In this document: positions 57,865 through 64,000 of the stretch, piece after piece
How the letters are laid out: the number at the start of each line of letters is the position of its first letter
Numbering within the stretch: position 1 is the stretch's first letter
Assembly (NCBI GenBank): GCA_026129095.1
Contig: JAHCIT010000001.1
Coordinates: 1-64,000 of the forward strand
Direction of reading: 5' to 3'
DNA from: Deltaproteobacteria bacterium
GTDB lineage: Bacteria; JAGRBM01; JAHCIT01
Length of the DNA stretch: 64,000 nucleotides
Translations under genes and position numbers: made by a program
Notes under the pieces: generated by a model
Database searches by the model: none
What the model was told of the DNA's origin: nothing
Seen by the model: the letters and a program-made list of their open reading frames with translations, nothing else

Positions 57865-58497
57865 ATGACACTGCAACTGGGCGCCAAGGTGCCTGATTTC
57901 GAAGCCAATACGACCCACGGCCCGATCAAGCTTTCCGGGTTCAAGGGAAAATGGATCGTCCTGTTTTCCCACCCGGCCGATTTCACTCCGGTCTGTTCGA
58001 CCGAGTTCGCCGGTTTCGCCGAACGCTTCGAGGAGTTCGACAAGCGCGGTGTGCAGCTGATCGGCGTGTCGATCGACTCGGTCTACTCGCACATCGCCTG
58101 GGTCCGCGACATCGAGAAGAACTTCAAGGTCAAGGTGAAGTTCCCGGTCGTCGCCGACCTGGACCAGAAGGTCGCCCGCCTGTTCGGCATGGTACACGAA
58201 CCGATGGCCGTGACGGCCGCCGTGCGGTGCGTGTTCTTCATTGATCCGGAAATGACCCTTCGTGCGATGATCTACTATCCGCTATCCACGGGCCGGAACA
58301 TCGACGAGGTGGTTCGCGTGATCGACGCGCTCCAGCTCAACACCAAGGCGGGCGTCGCAACGCCGGCCAACTGGAAACCAGGCGATGACGTGATTGTCCC
58401 CGCGCCGGTCACCCAGCAGGCCGCCGAGGAGCGGGCCAAGGACAGCTCGCTCAAGGTGACGGAGTGGTATCTGTCGAGGAAGGCACAGCCCAGGTAA
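57865..58497 (+). CDS. Peroxiredoxin, Prx6 (1-Cys) type
   Basis: FSHPADFTPVCSTE, YP.STGRN..E, ATPANW.PG. Confidence 0.95.
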   Translation: MTLQLGAKVPDFEANTTHGPIKLSGFKGKWIVLFSHPADFTPVCSTEFAGFAERFEEFDKRGVQLIGVSIDSVYSHIAWVRDIEKNFKVKVKFPVVADLDQKVARLFGMVHEPMAVTAAVRCVFFIDPEMTLRAMIYYPLSTGRNIDEVVRVIDALQLNTKAGVATPANWKPGDDVIVPAPVTQQAAEERAKDSSLKVTEWYLSRKAQPR

Positions 58498-58636
58498 TCC
58501 ACCGTAACCATCCGGCGTTTTTCAAGCGCCGGTCCAACAGTCTGAACTTGCACATTGGCCCCCGAATCCGTCAGGGTTCGGGGGTCGATGCCTTCAGGGG
58601 CCGCGAGGCCCCGGAACGCTGCGGATCCGCTAACCG

Positions 58637-59203
58637 ATGGACGATACCAAGCCTCCTGCCACAGAACCCCTGTTTCCGCCCGCCCTGGCGGAAGTACCCG
58701 ATGAAATCCCCGCCGGCCTGCTCGAACCGGACGGAAGCTTCATGCCGGACTACGATCCGCCACCGCGTCCGTTCGGGGTGTGGGTGGCATCGGCCCTGGC
58801 GGCAGCGGCCGCATTCTACTCGGCTGGCCGCATGCTGTCGGCCGTCAGCGGAGCCGATATGGTCGGCTTCCTCATTAACGGCGGCGCGGCCTGGGCCTAT
58901 GGCTTCTCGGCGCTCGGACTGTTCAGGGGCGACCCCCGCGGCCACACGACCTACATTGTCCTTCTGCTGGTGAATCTCGTTTTTTTCTCGGCCTTCACGG
59001 TCCTCTGCGCGCTGATCGCCAGCAACACCATGCCGCAGCTCCTGTCCCTGCTCGGCGACGATCCCGGCTGGCAGGAGTTTGTGCGGAACGCCGCCCTGGC
59101 GATGCTCGCCGCTTCGGCAGCGGTGCTCGGCGGCGTGGGACTGCTGCTCACCTGGCTGGAAAGCGACCGCGTCCGTGAGTGGGTTGGCAAGGATGCCGGC
59201 TGA
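58637..59203 (+). CDS. Hypothetical membrane protein
   Basis: Four hydrophobic segments after an acidic/Pro-rich N-terminus. Confidence 0.65.
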   Translation: MDDTKPPATEPLFPPALAEVPDEIPAGLLEPDGSFMPDYDPPPRPFGVWVASALAAAAAFYSAGRMLSAVSGADMVGFLINGGAAWAYGFSALGLFRGDPRGHTTYIVLLLVNLVFFSAFTVLCALIASNTMPQLLSLLGDDPGWQEFVRNAALAMLAASAAVLGGVGLLLTWLESDRVREWVGKDAG

Positions 59204-59678
59204 GTCCAGAACCTATCCCCGCAGCCAGTTCGCCCGCACCGCCTGGGGTCTCCTGTTCATCATCGCACTGATCGTGACCGCCGCCGGCATCTTCGGCCTC
59301 GGCACGGGCATCAGTTCCATCGGCGAGTCGAAGGCGGCCACCATTTTCAGGTGGCTCGGCGTGAGCGTCCCTGTCACCGCCCTGGGGAGCTGGGGCCTGT
59401 GGAAGATCGCCTTCTGGACCAAGGGGGTCACGCTGCACGATAACCGGCTCACCCTGGAGCAGGCTGCCGCCGAGGAAGAACTGGCCTACGAGAATCTCGC
59501 ACGAATCATCTGCATCCCCTACCGGGACCGCTGGCGCATCGCGCTCGTTGACCATGAAGGAACCGGCTACCGGTTCCAGTGGCCCGACCTCGACTGGGCC
59601 GAGGATCTCTCCCGCCGGACCGGGATACCCATCGAGGGGGGACGCGAGTTCGTCCAGACTCCGCCCCAGCCGGGCTGA
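59193..59678 (+). CDS. Hypothetical membrane protein (2 TM + small beta domain)
   Basis: ATG at 59193 overlaps the end of the previous gene; two TMs followed by a beta-rich, bPH-like domain. Confidence 0.6.
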   Translation: MPAESRTYPRSQFARTAWGLLFIIALIVTAAGIFGLGTGISSIGESKAATIFRWLGVSVPVTALGSWGLWKIAFWTKGVTLHDNRLTLEQAAAEEELAYENLARIICIPYRDRWRIALVDHEGTGYRFQWPDLDWAEDLSRRTGIPIEGGREFVQTPPQPG

Positions 59679-59710
59679 CTCCCCTCTTCCGGTCCCCGGA
59701 CGATCCCTGT

Positions 59711-60457
59711 ATGATGACGGCAATGGTTATCCGGATTTCCCTCATGTCTGCCGTCTTCACGGCGGTCCTGGTAGCTATAGTTTCCGCGGCAGCCGTCCCC
59801 GCACTGGCCAAGGAGCTCTACCAGTACCGCGACCGGTGGGGGATGCTCCACATCGTCGACTCCCTGCAGAAGGTTCCCCCGGAATACCAGGACAAGGCCG
59901 AACAGGTAGACGGGAAAACACCCCGGCGCGGATCGTTCACGGTGCAGGAGTCTCCGGTCGTCAACGAAAAGCCGGCGGCACCCGCCGCCCCAAAGCCGGT
60001 GCTCCGGCCCGACGGCAGGCAGGGCACGTTCGATGTCATGCGGTTCCGGATTGCTGGCGAGAAAGAGACGGCCTCACGCTGGGAGCCGAGCACGGGGGCC
60101 TTCCGCAAGGAGCCCTTTCATGTGGTCGTCGCTGCCTCCTGGTGCCCTCACTGCATCCGGCTGATCGACGAGATCAGCCGTAATCCCGCGCTGAAGGCAA
60201 AGGTGGACGGCATCCTGTTCTACGAGGACGAGGTTCTCTCCCGCGAGAAACGGCGCACTGGCGTGCCCAGGACCAGCATTGATACGGACAAGGAGTCCCG
60301 CCTCGTCTATCCGGCGGAGCTCGCCGCATACGGTTCACTCCCGATGTATTTCATCCGTCCGGGGACGTTCGGCCATCTCGTCAGGGGATTTCCCACCATC
60401 CTGCGTTGCGAGCGTTCGGGGTGCAGGCAGGCCAGCCGGAACAGCCTGCTGCCATGA
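59711..60457 (+). CDS. Exported DUF4124-like + thioredoxin-fold (WCPHC) protein
   Basis: Signal peptide; LYQYRDRWG.LH.VD....VPPEY; ASWCPHC; GFPTI cis-Pro motif. Confidence 0.75.
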   Translation: MMTAMVIRISLMSAVFTAVLVAIVSAAAVPALAKELYQYRDRWGMLHIVDSLQKVPPEYQDKAEQVDGKTPRRGSFTVQESPVVNEKPAAPAAPKPVLRPDGRQGTFDVMRFRIAGEKETASRWEPSTGAFRKEPFHVVVAASWCPHCIRLIDEISRNPALKAKVDGILFYEDEVLSREKRRTGVPRTSIDTDKESRLVYPAELAAYGSLPMYFIRPGTFGHLVRGFPTILRCERSGCRQASRNSLLP

Positions 60458-60487
60458 AAAACGGCGGACGGGAACCCCCGTCCGCCG
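60457..60487 (-). terminator. Rho-independent terminator after the ferritin-like gene
   Basis: 10-bp stem CGGCGGACGG-N6-CCGTCCGCCG followed by a T tract on the minus strand. Confidence 0.65.
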
Positions 60488-60507
60488 CCGGGCCGGCGAG
60501 TGCCGGC

Positions 60508-61773
60508 CTATGCCTGGGCAGGCTCACCAAGCGCCAGAAACCGCGATACGGCATCCAGCGCCTTCTGTTTGGCGGGGTCCAGCGCACGGTTGAGATACCC
60601 GCGCACCGGATCCTCGGTCCCGAACACTTCCTCTTCCAGCCGCTTCATTTCCACGTCACGGATCACCGTCTTGTCGAGGGTAAAATCCGTAAAACCGGGA
60701 TAGCTGTCCCGGAGCACACCCTTGCGGTAGGCGTTGATCGCCAGGTTGTAGGCGCGCATGGCGTCCTTCCGGTTCAGGGTCGTATAGAAGCCGCTCCGTT
60801 CGGAGAGCCGGAACACCTTGTCAAGGCACTTCCCGCCAAACTCGTAGATGTCGATGCCGATCTCGCGGGCGTCGTCTTCCACCTCGAACAGGAGCCCGAA
60901 GAGCGGGACGAGCATCCAGCCCCGGCGGAGCTGCCGTATGGGGGAATGCCGCTCCAGGAACGACAGCGGCGCTTCCTTCGTGTAGCTCTGCGGGAAGCCC
61001 GAATGGCGCGATTCGTCGAGGTGAAACATTTTCAGGACGTTTTCCAATCCGGGAAAAGTCGCAAAGGTCGAAAAGAAGTTCATCGCGACCGATTCGACGA
61101 CGACGTTCATTCCAAACAGCCGGTTGATGGGGCTGGCCTTGAGGACGCCTTCCAGAAGCTGGAAATCCCATGCGCTCTGCGGGTAGATGCGATCGATCCG
61201 CTTCACCAGTTCCCGCATGACGATGAAGTGCTTGGCCTCCTCCATCACCTGCATGGCCATGGCGAGCTTGGGCCCCGTGCCTTTCACCACTGGAAGCAGC
61301 GAGGCGCTGGTAAAGAGGGCATAGGCCTCGCCATGCAGGATGATCGAAAGGAGCCGGGCCAGGGCCTTGCGCTGGCCCGGCGTGTAGTGCCGGCGGATGG
61401 TCTCCTCGAACTTTTTCGAGGCGATCTCGGCCCGCATGCGGCTGATTTCCCGCAAGGTCGCCGCCGCCGGATCGGCATGGTCACGGAGTTCCTCGCCGGA
61501 GGCGTCATGGAAGCCGAGTTCGGGTGCAACCACTTCCGCCTTCCACAGGCGGCGGAGCGCCGTCTCGTAGTTGCGGTGGGTGATCCCTTCCATGTCGCCG
61601 CCGGTGAACGTCGCGGTCCTGTCGTCATAGGGAAGTGCCCGGCGCGGCAGCCGCACGGCCTTTTCCAGTACTGTCCCGAGCCTGTGAACCGCCGCCGGGA
61701 CCGGATTGCTGCCCGCCCCTGCCGTCAGGCCCTGAACCGTCACCTTCCGCTGGGCGCTGGTACCCTTCGCCAT
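60508..61773 (-). CDS. Ferritin-like diiron protein, paralogue of 2105-3064
   Basis: HGEAYA...EEAKH...GMNVVVESVA...DESRH; GGAGG RBS. Confidence 0.8.
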   Translation of the reverse strand: MAKGTSAQRKVTVQGLTAGAGSNPVPAAVHRLGTVLEKAVRLPRRALPYDDRTATFTGGDMEGITHRNYETALRRLWKAEVVAPELGFHDASGEELRDHADPAAATLREISRMRAEIASKKFEETIRRHYTPGQRKALARLLSIILHGEAYALFTSASLLPVVKGTGPKLAMAMQVMEEAKHFIVMRELVKRIDRIYPQSAWDFQLLEGVLKASPINRLFGMNVVVESVAMNFFSTFATFPGLENVLKMFHLDESRHSGFPQSYTKEAPLSFLERHSPIRQLRRGWMLVPLFGLLFEVEDDAREIGIDIYEFGGKCLDKVFRLSERSGFYTTLNRKDAMRAYNLAINAYRKGVLRDSYPGFTDFTLDKTVIRDVEMKRLEEEVFGTEDPVRGYLNRALDPAKQKALDAVSRFLALGEPAQA

Positions 61774-61812
61774 GTGTGTTTCCTCCCTGACCGGCGGCTA
61801 CGACAGCGCACC

Positions 61813-61834
61813 GTGTCATCCGCAATGATGACAC
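61813..61834. promoter_or_regulatory. Candidate operator palindrome
   Basis: GTGTCATC-cgcaat-GATGACAC, about 40 bp upstream of the ferritin-like gene. Confidence 0.5.
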
Positions 61835-61878
61835 TCGCGTCAGTCAGGGATTATGACGTGGATCAACCTCGCAAGAAC

Positions 61879-63267
61879 TTATCCCGCCCGGCGGCCCTGG
61901 CCACCGCCACCGCCACCACCGCCGCCCGGACCACGGCCGCCACCACCACCCATTCCTCGCCCGCCACCGGAGCCACGGCCCATTCCCCCGCCACCACCGG
62001 AACCCGGTGAAGCGGGTGGTTCAGCCGGCGCAGGCGGCTCGACAGCCGCCGGTTCACTCGCCTCATCATCCGGTCCGGCTGGCTCCAGGCCGGCCGTCAC
62101 CTTGAACCGGCGCAGCGACTTCATCACGCCGAAGCTCACGACCCCGCTCGCCGCGCCAAATCCCAGATGCACCAGCGCCAGGGGTGCAGCAATCGCATAG
62201 AAGGCATCCGGCGCACCAATCGCCACGGCGATGACCACGATGGTGGTAAAACGTCCGAACGCTGCGAGAAATCCCAGCACGCCGTAGGCCAGCGCACCGT
62301 TCACCTTGCGCGCCATGACCCGCGTCAGCGGAAGTAGCAGGTCAATGATGATGCCGGGGACAATATGCTTGAACACCTCGAAAATGCCGTACCGGCCGTC
62401 TCCCATGAGAAAGCTGATGATGCCCATGCTGGCACCGACGAGCGTCGCGCCCCAGCGTGTATGGGTCAGTTCGGCTGCCAGCAGGTACATCGGGAGCAGG
62501 AGCACCGTCTTGTGACCCGGAGCAAAGGGCAGGCCCGGCAGCACCTTCAGCCACTTGAGCGTGAGCATGGCCAGCGTCATGCCGGCGATGACACCGAGAT
62601 CGGCCGAACGCTCCGCCGGGAGCCCCGGATGATGCGTACGCGTATAGTCGCGGGCCCGCTCCAGGTTCCGCAACATTCCGTCGGTCAGCACGCTGAGATC
62701 GCCCTTCATGATCTCTTTCAGGATGACCGTCGCCTTCTTGTTGCGTCCCCGGCCTCCCCCGCCGCCCATGCCGCGGCCGCCGCCATCTTCGAGTTTCTTC
62801 GCCTGTTCCGGCTCCAGCAGATGCAGGGTCGTGTCGAGCGCGAGCGCCAGCGAGTTCGGCAGGAAGATCCCCCTCAGGCCATCCACGAACTCGCCGGACC
62901 TGAGTCCCCGGCGGACCAGCATGCTGGTAAAGATGGCAATGTATATCCGCAGGCACATGAGCAGGCCGTCATGCAGGCCCGCTTCGGACAGTTCCAGTGT
63001 CCATCTGGTGACAGGGACAGTGAGCGAATACCAGTCTCCGTCTCCCCCTTCTTCCGGGAAAAAGACGAACATCAGCACGATGACCGAGAAGAAGAAGAAC
63101 AGCCTCGAAAAGAGCCGGACGATCTCGCCAGGCGGGTTGCGCGTTGCGCCCCAGAGCACGAACTGGAAACCCAGAACGGCGATCACCCAGCGCAGGTCAT
63201 GGAGGAAGAAGACGCCGACGGCGACCCCGATCAGGTAGAGGACGCGTGCGGTTGGCGGAATTCGCAT
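61879..63267 (-). CDS. ECF T-component-like domain fused to an S-component-like membrane domain, with Gly/Arg-rich tracts
   Basis: N-terminal CbiQ/EcfT-like TMs ending EFVDGLRGIFLP; C-terminal 5-6 TMs with PGLPFAPGHK; GGGRGMGGGGGRG occurs twice. Confidence 0.65.
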   Translation of the reverse strand: MRIPPTARVLYLIGVAVGVFFLHDLRWVIAVLGFQFVLWGATRNPPGEIVRLFSRLFFFFSVIVLMFVFFPEEGGDGDWYSLTVPVTRWTLELSEAGLHDGLLMCLRIYIAIFTSMLVRRGLRSGEFVDGLRGIFLPNSLALALDTTLHLLEPEQAKKLEDGGGRGMGGGGGRGRNKKATVILKEIMKGDLSVLTDGMLRNLERARDYTRTHHPGLPAERSADLGVIAGMTLAMLTLKWLKVLPGLPFAPGHKTVLLLPMYLLAAELTHTRWGATLVGASMGIISFLMGDGRYGIFEVFKHIVPGIIIDLLLPLTRVMARKVNGALAYGVLGFLAAFGRFTTIVVIAVAIGAPDAFYAIAAPLALVHLGFGAASGVVSFGVMKSLRRFKVTAGLEPAGPDDEASEPAAVEPPAPAEPPASPGSGGGGGMGRGSGGGRGMGGGGGRGPGGGGGGGGGQGRRAG

Positions 63268-63368
63268 AAATGGGGCTCCGGGCCGATGCCTGCCGGATTT
63301 CATGAACCCGGCAGCAGGGCCCGGAGCACCCTAGCCGGTCACATGACCGGCGGCGAGGAAATGCCTTT

Positions 63369-63905
63369 TTATGCCCGGACCAGCTTCCAGCTCCGGAGGA
63401 ACGGAACGATGGTCTTCAGGTCGAAGTAGAGGATCCCGCTGCCCACGGTCTTGCCCGAACCCTTTTCGGTGATGTCCGTATACAGCGTCGTCATCCCCTT
63501 CTGGAAGTTGAGCCAGTTGCGGTGTTTCTCGCCGTGCAGGTGGTACGCCTTGCCGTCCGGGCCCGTGAAGTCGAGGTCATAGATCATCATGCCGCGGCTC
63601 CGGACGAGATTCATCTCGATCGCGCCGCTGGCGGGCAGGTCGCCCGGGATCCCCTCGATCCGGAGAGATCCTTCGAGTTGCGCGGTCCGGAACACGCCCT
63701 TGCCAGACGACTTCCGCAGGAAAGCGGCCAGATCCGGGGCGTGGGCACGCAGGTCGAACTCCACACGGGCGCTCCGTCCAGCGATGGGACCATCCGTGAA
63801 GGTGCAGTCGCCCGCCATGATCTCGTGAAACTCGAACCCACGGCCGGCCAGCAGGCCGCCCGGGGCTGAAACGGGGGAGTGGTGGGCTGTCGTTGCGGTT
63901 GCCAT
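63369..63905 (-). CDS. Hypothetical beta-rich protein resembling the accessory domain of cholesterol oxidase-like/patatin fusion proteins
   Basis: FEFHEIMAG...YDLDF...GKAYHLHGEK...MTTLY..I....G.G.L; AAGGAG RBS. Resemblance is recalled, not searched. Confidence 0.6.
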   Translation of the reverse strand: MATATTAHHSPVSAPGGLLAGRGFEFHEIMAGDCTFTDGPIAGRSARVEFDLRAHAPDLAAFLRKSSGKGVFRTAQLEGSLRIEGIPGDLPASGAIEMNLVRSRGMMIYDLDFTGPDGKAYHLHGEKHRNWLNFQKGMTTLYTDITEKGSGKTVGSGILYFDLKTIVPFLRSWKLVRA

Positions 63906-63953
63906 ATGGTTTCTCCTTGCAGCTGAACCGGGGTTCGCTGTGCGTGTTATGTG

Positions 63954-64000
63954 TCAGGCAGCCTCGCGGCCGCTCAGGGTTTCCATGCTCCGGATGCGCT
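63954..64000 (-). CDS. Probable 3' end of an upstream gene (partial)
   Basis: Minus frame reads ...RIRSMETLSGREAA-TGA, ending 48 bp before the next start codon. Confidence 0.4.
   Translation of the reverse strand, partial: RIRSMETLSGREAA

Noticed and set aside
58560-58615. Two short hairpins after the peroxiredoxin
   Set aside because: Short GC stems without a U tract. They could be chance or a weak terminator, and are not supportable as an RNA gene.
60406-62010. 534-aa plus-strand ORF
   Set aside because: Antisense to the ferritin-like gene, with no motifs.
61880-62010. CCG/CCA-rich tract as a microsatellite or phase-variation site
   Set aside because: Mixed Gly codons in frame; explained by the Gly-rich protein tail.

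Overview
This is a GC-rich bacterial chromosomal segment, probably from a deltaproteobacterial or Myxococcota-like organism. That placement is inferred from a TIGR02266-type PilZ protein, a MYXO-CTERM-like sorting tail and a non-canonical Hsp70 paralogue. It holds about 50 genes, mostly housekeeping: groEL (partial) and groES with a CIRCE element, amrB, dgt, cysE, an iscS-like desulfurase, comEC, ispA, xseB, tldD, HIT, prmA, ispH, thiS, aroC, aroK, bcp and a 1-Cys peroxiredoxin. I saw no tRNA, rRNA, CRISPR array or mobile element. The strongest candidate for an undescribed system is a two-gene unit at 12132-29438. One gene encodes a 5532-aa surface protein with a matrixin-like domain that has lost its zinc motif, about 8 copies of an unrecognised ~75-80-aa beta repeat (one nested inside an Ig domain), about 43 He_PIG/cadherin-like repeats and a GGGC-TM-RRRR anchor. 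The other encodes a small secreted partner. An Hsp70 paralogue lies divergent to this pair. Other notable items: a 23-aa Lys/Ala microprotein with its own promoter and RBS; two ferritin-like diiron paralogues, each with a candidate operator; an ECF T/S-like fusion with RGG tracts; a tandem-duplicated membrane sensor with HisKA but no ATPase domain; a probable CTG start for xseB; and several apparently degenerate enzyme domains. All family calls come from motifs read by eye, not from database searches.
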